Shown piece by piece: positions 51,401-64,000 of a DNA stretch of 64,000 nt. This stretch comes from Yuukianura sp. NJ FZ-2021. Taxonomy: Eukaryota. Every line of letters starts with the position of its first letter. Position 1 is the stretch's first letter. A program made the translations under genes and the position numbers. The notes below the pieces were generated by a model. It saw nothing but the letters and a program-made list of their open reading frames with translations. It ran no database searches and had not been told where the DNA came from. The stretch spans positions 7,998,001 to 8,062,000 of the forward strand of contig CM102289.1 in NCBI GenBank assembly GCA_046563655.1, written 5' to 3'.

Positions 51401-54400
51401 ATTGAAAAAGTCTGATGGAGTCCAAGTCAGTAGCTCATCGTACCACTCCTACAGCACAAAATATAGTAACATTTACTATACATAAACATAGTACATGTGT
51501 ACAAAATTTTGATTTTTCCAAAAAACTTGTTAAGAAAAACTTTCCATCTTGAGTTAAAATTTTTTGTTGCTTTCAGTTCGCTAACCGCGGAGAAAAGCAC
51601 TTACAAACAGCGCACTTTCACTTGTTTCCTTGTAGTGAAATTTTTCATTATATCAAGGTTTTGTGAAGTGCAGCAAATGTTTAGTGAGCATTCTGCTTGA
51701 ACGGTCTTCTTGTTTCTAGTTTTTTGAAAAGTCTGTCTAGTTTTCGAAAATTGAAGTATTTTGAAAATGGTGGAGTGGTTACTCATAAAAAATAAATTGG
51801 TACTTTTCGAAATTCCCAGGAAATGAAAAGATTTGGAACGTTTTGGATGAGGGGGCGGATGAGGTTTAAAGGATTGAATTAAATTTTGAACTTTGTTTTA
51901 GAAGATTTCAAAAACTGCGGAAATGGGAATCCTACTTGAGCAAACTCCAAAATGTTTATTTTTCATTAGCAAATATTCATTGAAACTGCGTTTCCTCTAG
52001 TCCTTTCTTTTGAACAAAAGATGTGAAATGAAGTAAAGAAGGCGTTTGTTTTCTTAAGTCCTCTCCTAAAGATATTTCCTGATTCTAGTTAACTGTTTTA
52101 TTTTACAAATTTTGTTGTCTCTACGTCCCACTCTCAGTTCAAATGCAAATTTGCACTCTACTTTTCACAAAAAGTTCAGTATATCGCTTTACAAAATTCG
52201 GAGAAACGGAACTAATAGGAAGATTAGACTTTGAAAAAATATTTGTTGTGTAACCAGTTTTGTTTATTTTTAATTAATACAATACAAAAACGAACTTACG
52301 GAATGTTTATACTTGAATGTCAAAAATGGCACAAGTTTTAAATCAATTTCGCACAAACTTCACTTTCAAAGTAACTCTACTTTTCATTTCAAAAAATTCA
52401 AAATTTCATTTACAAAACCCCATTTCTACGAAAATAAAATTTCAAATTAACCTTCTGTAACTACTCTGTCTTATGATATGCCTAGGATTTAAAAAACTAC
52501 ACAAATTAAAAAAAAATTACCGGAAGACTATAATTGATCAACAACCACAAAACCGTAAAAAAATGTTCCAACCTAACCCATCACCAAGTCGCAAATTTAG
52601 AAAATTAAGCTAGTAATTGCTAACTGAAAGTATCTATTTGGATAGTTAACTTTACGTTTTTTGTACAAAAGTGTATTATTTGTATAAATTAGAGTAAAAA
52701 CGACTAAAAGACATTGCCATTTCGGTTCTACCTGTACAAATACTATAATTCTTAGGTTTGTTGCCCTCTTTAGTACAGTATTTTGACCTTCATCTACCAC
52801 ACAGGAATTCGTCAGTCTTGACACAACAGTTTGTGATGCACGAGTAGTTCATTTTACAAAAGAACCAAATATTACACAATAGTTGAATTGTCCCAGCAGC
52901 AATGATCGTTCCACTACAGAAAATGAGAATTCGCAAATATTTCTCCTGAGATTCAACTTCCTCTACAATGGCTGAAGTTCCGCCAAAAACTTTGCTAACT
53001 TCGGACAAAATGTTGAGAGTTGTTGGAGCCGCTTTGAGCCAAGCGACAAGCGTTTGATTTGATTTGTACAACAGGATGCCACTGGCTGATATTAGAGTGA
53101 TTGCAGTAACCTATCACAAAAAATATTAAATAAAAATAATAAAATATATTAATATAAATATATTAATATTTAACAATCTTTGATTGTCTTACCATTGACA
53201 CGAGAGCTATAATTTTTAGTCCCAGAGGTACAATGACCACATGCACAGTGTTAATACTTGTATCTTCTTGAACTGACGTGGAAATGACCGATTCGGATTC
53301 ATCCGATCCTCGTCGATGTCGATCACTGTGTGTCAAATGTGTAATTTCTCGTTCACTTAACTTGTATTTGTTGTAGTCCATTGGTCGATGATTCAGTTCC
53401 GTTTCTTTTAAACATTCTTTTAAATTATCCATTATACAAAGTTATAAAAATTTGAAATTTTTAAAATTTAAAACCCCTGCTCCCTGCTGTCCAAAAACTA
53501 CTTCGATTGCTCACCACCAGCCCCAGGCTAAACATAATTTTTTCTTGGAAGGTGTGAGACACTTAAGGTACGCTTTAAAAAAATCTACGGGAATTCCTCT
53601 GTGCCAAGCCACAACACATTGCCATTGTCAGAAATTAGGAAATGCAGGGATGAAGATTGTGAAGACTAACAAAAAAGAAGTGTATAGAGGGGAAGTTGAA
53701 GTCATAAGCCGAAGTTTGGTCGAATGATGACGCTGCAAGTTGAGTGACTATAAAGCCTATTCTACTACAAACGGGGAACATGCGTGTTCGGATGTGCTGT
53801 TGAAAATATTATAAGGAAGTTTTCGTCATTTCATCCCCCCAAAATCATCTTCATGGTTATGAAGATGATGAATTCTGGAAGATAAAAGTGCAAGATCCGT
53901 GACACTGCAAGCTACTGCAAAGATTGCACTTCCAGCAACTCAAAAACTTTAGTTTATGACACATTAAGTGTAGGCGTCCGGCGGCGTCAACACTTTTTTG
54001 CCGTTGAAAACAACACTTTTTTAAAGAAAAATTTGCTAAAATTTCAGCTTTTGTAGCTACCATTTGCAAACTGGTTTTTCATACCAAAATTTGAACATCA
54101 ATGTCCTAAAAATTTCAAAATCAGGTTTGATTTCAAATTTTAAATCGGAAATGAAACACTATGTTTCTCGGCAACCTTAACCAGTTCAAGCACATTTCTC
54201 TTCAGTTTTTCAGAAAAAAAAATTTCATTTTTGAGTCAAGTTTTTAGGAAAAGTTTCATTTGAAACTAAAAATTCTTACATTTTTCTTTTTTTTAAGACT
54301 AAAAAGCACATTCCAAAAAGAAACAAAGTTGAAAGACATTCCAGAATTAATTTCTCTTTTTCAAAAAGAAAGCTTGGAGCTGGAAAAAATGGAACAGATA

Positions 54401-57400
54401 TGAATAAAAAGTTCAAGAGGATGAAATATCTATTTGATGAACAAATGAGCTGTCTCATCTTTTCTGCCATTTCCACGTCTGCAATCTGCAACAAATCTAC
54501 ATTGGCTACTTTTTGCACACCAAGTTCTTCCTCTTTGTCCGTCTGGTTCATGATCTCGAAGAAAGTAAATAAGATTTGATTTATGACTCTCAAACTGTTA
54601 TTCTTGTCTGTTTATACTTTAAAACTAGCCTTCTTACAGGATTACTTGTACACTTGTAATAATCCTCTACACAAAATTCAAGAAGCAACTTCAGTCGAGG
54701 TCCATTCATTTCACTGGCTAAAATTTTTTGCAAACCTTCTTATTCCAAACCTTAAAATATAAACTAACAGCAAAGTTTTGATATCTGCTGAAATGATTAT
54801 TTGTTTAACCAAAAGTTTCAAAACAAATCCGATTTCTTTCACCCAAATTCCAAATGGAATGACGCTTCAATTTTTCCGTTTTCAACAGAACTTTGAATAT
54901 ATGCAAGAAAATATATCGGATGCTAAAAATTTACGGATGAGAAGATCATCAGATCGAAATTCTTTCAAACCAAAACTGTCTTAAAAAACGAAAAATATTA
55001 ATTCCAATGGCAAAAAATTGAAATTGCGAATTCAATTACTTGTAACGACAGATTAATTCCAAGTGTCAACTTTTTGTAACTTGGTTAAAGCGGATTCAGT
55101 TCGCTATGAAAGAATGGCGGTAGGCAAGTAGCGACGGCGGTGGTTCCAGTAATTAGGTTAGCTTTAGGTTGGCTAATACCATTATCTTGTCTACAGATTC
55201 TCAAGAGATTAGACGAATTGAAGAAGATCTGAACATCTTTCTGGGTCCTTAAGCTCCTCCAGGGAAAAGTTGGACTTCTTGGACGTCGTCAAGGCTACCC
55301 GCCTGTGATTCGAATACGAAAAACTTTCTCTTCCCTGGAGAAAGTAAAGCTAAATTGAAGTTTCTTCTGGGACATCTTTTTGCCAACTTAGGCAATTTCT
55401 CAATAATTAAAACAGTTAATATCCCATCTTCAGCGTTTCCGCCGCAGGCAAAATTGTTCCCGTTTCACCTTGCGACATTTACAAAAAAATTTCACCTTCA
55501 GAATTTCAAGTACTAACGTAGCATATTCTGCTAACTTTCAAAAAGGCTAACCACATAATGCTGGTGCGATTATTTGCAAAAGTAGTTGGTCAGCAGTAAC
55601 GTGAAGTGAAACGCAAAATTAAATTGCAAGCTAAACACTTTTTTTTCTGGTTTTGAAACTCATGTGTTGCATGAAAGAAAAAAATAACGAATATTTCCTG
55701 TTCAAATACGAAATTCAAAAGGAAAAAGGAGTAAGGTTGAACAAGCAATGCAAACAAACCGTCATGGCCGCCATCCTACACCAATTTTCGTTTGTTATGC
55801 ACTACCTTCTATGGTTTGCACAGTATTCCCACCAAACCTAATTGAGTGAAAATTTGAATTTTCCGGGGCTTTTGGTTTCCATGTAGTAACCAAAGAACAA
55901 TGGGTTGCAGAAATACTCTCTCCGAGTAAATTGTCACCGCATGAACGATTTGCAGAGGTGTGTGCATATTCATGGAGTGAATATCAAATTCGAAACCAAA
56001 ATTTTACCAATTAATGTTCCCTTGTGCTCACCAAAACACCGAATCCGCTCAAAACTAAACCAAAGCATCGCGTCCAGTAAAATTTTTAAGCTCGTGCTAC
56101 TCTGGTACTCTAAGCATCGCGGATTAAAATCCCACAATTTTGTTAGTCATTCTTTTGCACCGACTTTAATTAAATTAGCAAAACCAAAATTCAGTTCACC
56201 ATTAATATCAAAATGATCATTTTCCAAAATTTCGTTTTAGAACAAAAAAAATTACTCAAGAGTGAGTTACGCTGATCTCGGAGCAAATGTTTATATCATG
56301 CATTGGAAATGGCAAAATTCTACTTTTTTCAAAAAGAAGCATTTAAAAAAAACGAAAAATAGGATTTTCCAAAAAAAATTTATTGGGTTTTCGAGTTCAA
56401 TTTAGGCTACTCTGGCAATATTTTTGCTCCGATACACTCCCACTTCAAATCAGCTTTGAGCAAACTTTCTTCTTTGAAAAAAGTTGACGATAAACCAAAA
56501 ATTTCCGAGAACGGACTCTGTGTACTAGTTGAAGTTTTTTTTGAAAAAGTAAAGAAAAGCATTTCCTTTATATTTTAAAACACTGATTGCTTCTGTTTTC
56601 AAAGAATTGAGTGGTAGTGTACTGTACAACCTGTTTACAAAAAATCTCCAACCTGTCTAAATTCCAATAAACTCTTCACTCTTATTGTACACTTTTGAAA
56701 AGGAGAAACTCATAAACTGTTTGACGTGTAGTAAAGTCTTGCAATCTAAATTGAAAAACTTTGAAAAAGCCAAACTAAAAAAATAAGCCAAAAGATTTAG
56801 GAAAAGAGAAAGCTGCCGAGTTCAGGTGCTTTTTCTAATTAAGATCAATTCCAAATTGCTTTCTCCAGACTTCGTTTTCCACACACGCTAAACCTAACAC
56901 CACAAACCTCAAAAAATGACAAAACCTTACCAAAGGTATAAGCCTTTATTAAACCCAACGTAATATCTAACAACCTAACTTAATAAAACACACTAACCTA
57001 GCCCTAAAACATAACTTTCTAAGTGACACAACCGAATCAATATCAGAAAAACATCTTCTGAAACTAAAAACTGGGTCACATAAGTTCTACCATAAGTCTA
57101 ACGACTTGTGTCGATCGATTTGACCTTGCTGATCTATATTTTGTCACACAACGTCGCAGATTTCTCCTACAAGGGGTGAATTGGGGTAATTTGAGTTTGA
57201 TTTCCCGCATGAGCTTTCTCCTGTTCCTGAACAACAGGAGAAAGTACATGCGGGGTGTTCTTGGAAAGATGCTGGGTGTTGCCTAGGCAGCAGTGGGAGC
57301 ATCTCTCTAAGTTTCTGAAGCATGACGAAAGTGAAATTTTATGACAAAGTGCCAAGTACGGATAATTGATTACCTTCCTGATTCGTTCAAACGAAGAAAC

Positions 57401-60400
57401 AATTCAAATAACGCGCAAAAGACACTTTCACAAAGTGTCAAGAGAAAGTTGTTTTAAAAAAAATCGGTGCTAAAATTGAGTATGATGCATCTTTTTTGGA
57501 AAAAACTGAACTGTTCTGACTTATATGTTTCAAAGCTCAGTTTTTTTTGTTTCAAATTTTGTTAAAAACCACAAAAAAATGCAGGAAGAGTTTGTGAGAC
57601 TAAATGAGATTAACAGGAGAAAAGCGACTTACTTGATCAAGCCAGACGGTCGTCGTTAAAACTTGATTCTTTTCATCCTGAAAATAAAAAAAAATAAAAA
57701 TTAGAAAACTTTTTTTTTGCTCCCCGCAACGCTTTTCAAAAATCCAACTTCATAATTTTATAAAAAGAGAAAAAGTTGGACAAAAAGTGAAAGTCCTTAA
57801 GACAGCGAACGTGAAAAGGAAAAAAGTGAAGGCAGACGCAGAGTGGAAATTTCAACTGAAAAGAAATCCAGCTTGCTTCGGGAAGCTGCTGTTTAAGGTT
57901 AGGATAAGTTAGCCTATGTTTTTCGCATTTTTGCAAGGAAAAAATTTATCAAATTTTGCACACCCTAATTTAAAAAACTTCTCTTTTTTCAAATCCGGAG
58001 TTGTGCTGCTGCTGGAGATGAATAGCTAAAATTTGACTTGTAAGTTCTTCACCCAAGACGCCTTTATCTCATCTCCATCTTTTTTGAAAAGAGCTTTTCA
58101 AAATTCCGAACTCTGAAAATGTTGGCATAAGCTCACAATTCCCGCATAATTTCAAGTTAATTTGAACCTGCTGCAGATTAGATTTTAATATAACAAAAAC
58201 CTTCGTTCAAAAAACTATGCCTAAGTCAACATAATGTAAAGTCAGGTTTTTCGAAAGGTCAAAAGGTCAAAGCTTGATTGAGACAAGGCAGTAAACCTGT
58301 GGAGGTGAAAAGTGCCTGAAACAGAGACTTTTTGGCAGACAAAATTTGAAATCCTTTTCAAATGGTAGTGAGAAATGGTCCGTATATTTCATTTTCATAA
58401 TCTCAAAAGTCTAAAGTCGACTTTCAAAATTCGAATCTGGAAAAGACAATGGGAGAAAAAGTAAACGTGTGACAGAGAAAGGCTTCTGACAGACCTCCTG
58501 TCATAGTCAAGTGATTTGAGATTCTTCTGTGCTACATCCAGCACTTTCCCGGGAGTTTACGACTTGGGCAAAAACGAGAAAGTGGCACTAGACCACTTTA
58601 GTGCTCCAAGGCATCCAACTCAAACCTCCTCTTTGCTTAATTTTGTGCATGTTCACTGCAAAATTCATTATGGAGCACTTGGACATGGATGAAGGAGTAC
58701 TCAGGCACTAACAAAAGTGAGCCAAAGGTTGTGGAAAGTTCTCGTCAGCATTAAACTAGGTAGAAGATGAATCTGCACCACTTCACCACAAAGAATTCAA
58801 TAAATAAAGCACCTTTCTCCTCAAGAGATTTCAAAACCAAATTCTCCATGCTTTCACTTACACAAGGGCCTAACATAACCTTTCATTTCCAAACGCATGG
58901 TAATAAAAACTAAACGGACTAAATTGAACATAAAAGGTTGCCCAAATTTCAAAAAATTTCAAAACACAAACGGCTACAAAAAGCCAAAACTCTCCGCAAC
59001 TTTCTCCACAAAAGAAAACCAACTTTAAATCCATTTCCAAAAATTTTGGGGTTGCAAGTGCAACTTCTAGAAAGCTGGAAAGTTAAAAAAAATGTGTTTA
59101 AAAAAATGCAAGGCGTAAGGGAATTTTATAAGCTTCTTTAGCTGCTTTAAAATTGAACATTGTGACCAAAATGTGACAGTGAAAATTCAAAAAGTTGTTA
59201 TTATAACTTTCAAAATTTTTGGCACACTTTCAAAATTTCTGTACCCACTAATTAGTCTTAAAAGTTGGAAAGATTTAGTAGAAAAGTTGTTCAAGGAAGA
59301 ATTATTAGGTCTAATTGGAATGACAAATGCGTTTCACTTGTCATCTCCAAATTAAGCCACTAGACACATTGACCAAAACGTTTTTTCTTTTATCGAAAAT
59401 GAAGAAGCCACTTTGTTTAGGTTATGTTAGGCTAACCTAAATTAACAAAAAGTTGCCGATTTCTGAGTTTCAACTATAAAAAAAAGTTGTTATAACCTTA
59501 CTTTAGTAACAGAATACTTTTTCGTATAAACATATCATGGAGTCTAAGATTACTTTGAGCAATCCAGCAGCTTTCAGGCAGTTGGCTACTTTACTTCAAT
59601 CGATCTATTGATAAATGCATGAGAATATTCCCACCTGGACCTCAGTTGTCAGTTTAACTTGTAAATCCAATACCTTTGTTTCTTGTATTTACTGTATATG
59701 TTAGGTTTACTTGCGTTTTACTACAAAAGTACAACAATTATCCTCTAGAAACAAAAGAGAAAGGACACAGGTCAACTTATTTATGTATTATCTTTTCAGA
59801 AGGCGGTTTTTGTTCGTTGTTTTTTTTCTATTGTGACGCTTATGAACAAACTTAGTTTTTTAAAAACACTTTCTCCACTAAGGTTTGTGTACAAAATTTG
59901 AACAATTGATAATTTTTGTGTTATATCAATAAAGGAGACTGAAATTTTTTCAAAACCGCCTTCTAAAAAGAAACTAAAAAGAGACAAACTATAGTATGTC
60001 CAACTAGGAATTCAAAAATGTAATCTAACATTTTCCTTCTACAGAAACTCAATTTTGCCGCATCCATCAAATAAAACGTAATGTGTCCTACACTGATTGT
60101 TTTCGGACTGTCCAATGGCTTTTTCAGCAAACGGGATTGGTCACTCGCAACTTTGTTTGCTTCGGAACCATGTTATTCTCGTTTTGAGAAATTGTACCCA
60201 TTGGAATAAAAACATATGTTGCAGAATGGTGCACAAGTCTAAAATTTCGACTTTTGGAAAATCCAGAAAAACAAACAAAGTTAAACAAGATTCGGCATTC
60301 AAAATGTCAGATGAAGTGAATGTAGGTCAACAGGATCCAACTGGATCAAGGAAATTCTGCATTAACCACAAACAATTTTGGAGAAAAGTCGCTCTGTCAA

Positions 60401-61561
60401 CTTCTTCTAGCACTTCCAAAACACTTTCACCCTCGGAAATATTCATCAGAAATCGCGGTTTGGTCTTTGCTTTTCGTCGTTATTCAAACTCTTGAAGATC
60501 AGAGAAAGTGGAGTCTTAATTAAGTCCATCTCAAACTACTGCGCATGCCCACAAACATGGTAAAAGCTGAAAGTGACAGGCACTTGAATTATACACCAAC
60601 TCAAACCTACACAAAACTACGTTAGGTTAACTTACGAATGCAAATCAATGTTGTTCAAAACCTGACCTTTGAAATTGAATATTGTTGACAAGTTTTAATT
60701 CTTGTTTTGTAGTAAACCATTTTAGGACCACAAAATAAACAAAATTGCGACAGCATCAAAAAGGCTCCACTTTCTACTAAACCTTGGTGAAAGTTGAGCG
60801 ATGTGCAGAGATAGTGAAAGTGAGTAAAACGTAAGGACGCTGAATTTAAAAGTTTCGGTGGAAAATTTCAAAAAGTCGGAAATTACGTTACGGTGCAGTT
60901 GTCAAAATGAAAAATGAACAAAGTAATGACACAGTTGAGGACACAGCAGAGGAAATGCTAAACTCCGACGCGGCGGAGCTTAAATTGTGACTGAATACAG
61001 AAAGACTCATTAGGATGTTAATTGAACCGGAAAAGCTTCCAGACTCATAAAAATTTAAACTTTTCAAAAAAGAGGGCCTCACCATATCAAAAATTTGTGT
61101 AAGCGTAATGCCCACTTCGATGAGGATCGGTTGAGAAGCGTTCCGAACCGGTCGGACGTCCTTTTCATATCCATCCATCAAAAAAGTAAGCAGCGTTTTC
61201 TCCTCTTGCTCGACTTTCTTTGGCCATTTTCTGCCTACTTGTTCAGGCATTGCAGATTCTGCCAAAGTTGTAGTCTTTTCACGGTTTCCAATTAGCACCT
61301 CCGCGGTCGACTGCCCTTGGGCGGCCGTTGTGGACGCCGCGGTGGATGAAACGACGGTGCTCAAATCCAGGTTCTCATTACTCTCTAATTCTTTCCCAGA
61401 AGACTTTGAACTGGAGCTGGAAAATCCAGAAGGCGATTTCCACGGTGTCATTTCGTCAACCACACCGTTGTTGTTGTCATCCACGGTTCCAGGATTTGGA
61501 ACATTTACTCCCTGCTGAACACCGCCTACGCTCATCTCTGCTTTCTCAAATGCCATCGAAT
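48437..61561 (-). CDS. Nicotinic acetylcholine receptor alpha subunit, alpha9/alpha10-like invertebrate group; exons 61561-61083, 57677-57633, 51448-51339, 51253-51155, 51036-50955, 49770-49604, 49543-49356, 49266-49152, 49055-48437; 5'-most exon unresolved
   Basis: [26 protein letters not shown], Cys-loop [20 protein letters not shown], vicinal YYSCC, M1-M3 with [16 protein letters not shown], and [11 protein letters not shown] before M4. Confidence 0.95.
50141..50727 (+). CDS. RR-1 chitin-binding cuticular protein nested antisense in an nAChR intron; exons 50141-50149, 50260-50727
   Basis: [16 protein letters not shown] signal peptide; R&R consensus [12 protein letters not shown]...[25 protein letters not shown] followed by [10 protein letters not shown]. 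Confidence 0.92.
52790..53432 (-). CDS. Putative 186-aa two-transmembrane protein nested on the same strand in a large nAChR intron; exons 53432-53193, 53110-52790
   Basis: A phase-0 gtaag...tag intron joins two ORFs in frame across a hydrophobic segment ([23 protein letters not shown]). A second hydrophobic segment and a Cys-rich C-terminus follow. Confidence 0.6.
54276..54551 (-). CDS. Possible small membrane protein (91 aa) nested in the same nAChR intron
   Basis: Acidic N-terminus [11 protein letters not shown], two hydrophobic stretches and a basic KKRK end. No homology recognised; could be a chance ORF. Confidence 0.25.
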   Translation of the reverse strand: MNQTDKEEELGVQKVANVDLLQIADVEMAEKMRQLICSSNRYFILLNFLFISVPFFPAPSFLFEKEKLILECLSTLFLFGMCFLVLKKRKM

Positions 61562-64000
61562 CTGAAACAGTACAAAAATGAAAGTTACTAAAAAATGGTT
61601 AAAAAGAGGATAAAAACGAAGTACTATAAAAAAGAAGAAGGCTTCTAGCATTTCTTGGAAAATGAAGACTACTGCTGTGATGGTATCCTGTAGAATCTTA
61701 GAGTTTACTTTACTGCCCAAACACAAATATTTTTGTAACAAAAACATAGAATGTGAGAACAAACACTTTTGAAAATTGACCCAAGTCTGTCTGCAGATTG
61801 CACTAAAGATTCAGTTACTGTGGCTAAAAAATTACGAAAATAGACTTTAGGCGTCTTCGTTGAATCCATACACTGGAAAAAAAACTTGAGCAAACATTTT
61901 CTAACTTAAACCACTCAATTCTACTTGAACAAAATTTTAATTTTGAACTGCTCCTTTTTAATATTTCATTACTGCGTGATCACGATTAGAAAAAGTAGGT
62001 GGGAAGAAACGACTTTTAAGCATCCAGAAATTACTCCCGAATTGTGTACAAACAGAAAAAATTTTGGTTAGATTTTTGAAATGTCAAAACTTTAAAAAAC
62101 CGGTAGAAATGTTTAAAATGTCTGTTAAAACAAATTCGAATTTTTTGAACACTGAGGGAATCAGAAATAAAAAAAAATTTGAATGAGAAAGTTGGGGCAC
62201 GTGGAACGGAAAACAGAAATTTTAGATTAAAGTTTTTAACGGGATATGAAATTTTGTACTAAATTTCCAAGCAACGAACAGTGTATACAGAACACAAATT
62301 GAATTCATTTTAGTTTTTTTTTCTTCTGTTTGAACAAAAATCGTTCAATTTTTTGTGAATGTTCTTTTTGTATTAGTTCAGTTCGTCAGGTAGGCTGAAA
62401 TTTTGAAAAGTCCGAATAAACCTAGCTTTCCATCCTTCAATTTATTTCAGGAAGATGTTTTTTCTTTCACTTGGAGGCTACGGGTTGAATATATTTGAAT
62501 TTTTCTCTTTTCATTTCTTTTTCGGATTCCCAAAATCCGAAATCTTGTTTTCTCGTTTTAGATTTAGAATTCACGAAATCTAATTTAACCTGCTTACAGT
62601 TCCTGATCCAAAAGAAAAACAGATTTTCTATCAATTCTGTTCAGGCATTCACCCATCACCAAGCTTTTCTCCAAACATTCTACGAATTTGACTCCAGTTT
62701 TTCCAAAAGTCTCCGGATATCCTTTCAAAATTTCACCTTTGGCTCTTTGCTGAGACCGAAAATCACAATCCATCTAAAATCTATTTCAGTAGTGTTAAAA
62801 TCCAATGCCTAAAATTTTATCCCATAGAACTATTATTAAATGACACTTACACTGAAAATTTGTCAGTGTCAAAAGTTACAACGCACAACGTACATTGTGG
62901 TAATCTCATGTTTCAATGCGTCAGAAAAGAAGCAAAACCCTACATGCAAGTAATGAAATGTTATTAAGAACCTCTCACATAAGCAATTCATTATGAAAAT
63001 GCAGATTAAAAAAAACAGATCTGTCATTTTCAAAAACTTTTCCCATTGAATCAAAATAAAAAAGACAAATCCGCATAGCATAATCAGACAAAATCTGAAA
63101 TATGAAAGTTTGTCAATCTCAATCAAACTAGGATATTTGTAAAATTTTTAGTATAGCTGAACTTAATTTAGAATTTGAAATTAATCAAAACCAAAAAACT
63201 TTTTTTTTAAACACACTACGCAGTGAAGATATTCTGAATTTTGGCGAGATGCAACAGCTTTCCTTAAGAAAAGCCAAATGATCCAATGATCCCCAAGGTA
63301 AATGCTATTTCAATAACCTTTGCCAGCGATGATGACAGAACATAATCCAAGATTAAGCAAACAATGAATCCAATTTCGTTGCCGCATGTTGCAGAGTTCA
63401 GAGATTACGAAGCACCAAACTTTGGTCCATGGCTGTCAATTGACATCTTGATCTTAAACACTCAACGTTAATAAGTCACGAGTTACATGAAGTTGAACCA
63501 ATTTAAGCCAAATCCGACTTGTCAAAATTGAACTTCCACGACGAATCTGGTCACTTTTCACTCCACTGCACAAAATCTACAAAAGAAATGACGAAAAATG
63601 AAAACATAATAAACTTTAAAACGTTCTTTGCAAAATTTCTTCTCACCATAAAACAAGGGACGCTTCGGTACACCTCTCTCCGCAAAGATCCGAAAAAGAA
63701 CTAACTCAAAAGCTATGGAAAGAAACGGGAGAAAAGTGAAGATCTTTTCTCTCCCGTGTGCTCAGAGATCTCTCCAGGGAGGGAGGTAAACTCATTGAGT
63801 CTTTTGATTTCCAATTTTCCACGAAAACGTCAAGCGCAAGATCACAAGAGAATCCCCAAGAGATTCGTTTCTGCAAATAAAAACTGAAACCATGTTAGAT
63901 TACATAAGTTATTGCAGAATAATATAACCAGTTATTTGAAAAAATGGATCAATAATTGTTTATTTATCCAATAAAAAGGATATAGCGTATGTTTACAATA

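Noticed and set aside
55080..55480. Coding-like composition inside the nAChR intron
   Set aside because: Stops in the minus-strand frames I read, no ORF in the track on either strand, and no recognisable motif.
62851..62910. Candidate first coding exon of the nAChR (MRLPQCTLCVVTFDTDKFS, followed by gtaagt)
   Set aside because: Its phase does not match the 61562 acceptor and it does not form a convincing signal peptide; left unresolved.

Overview
Gene-dense, AT-rich eukaryotic genomic DNA with mostly short (~55-100 nt) spliceosomal introns. Chemosensory proteins plus an RR-1 cuticle protein point to an arthropod; a springtail-like hexapod is only my inference. No prokaryotic features, rRNA, tRNA or CRISPR were seen. 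Order along the window: a GC-rich TGTCAC minisatellite and palindrome block at the left edge; a secreted Gly/His/Tyr-rich protein; a ~1.84-kb tandem duplication carrying two secreted 8-Cys proteins; a single-PDZ protein; a 197-bp hAT-type MITE; Prx4 head-to-head with PTCD1; UPF1; two small secreted or surface proteins; three atypical chemosensory protein (CSP) genes; MAT1; an ~880-aa low-complexity orphan gene; and an alpha9/alpha10-like nicotinic acetylcholine receptor subunit with at least two nested genes. The most notable signal is the duplicated Cys-rich pair: signal peptide, intron and flanks are nearly identical, but the mature domains are only about half identical, a toxin- or effector-like pattern. 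Also notable are a long hairpin in an enlarged UPF1 intron, a 6-Cys CSP and tailed CSPs, perfect ecdysone-response palindromes, and the very tight nAChR-to-orphan junction. All exon boundaries were read by eye and no database searches were run.
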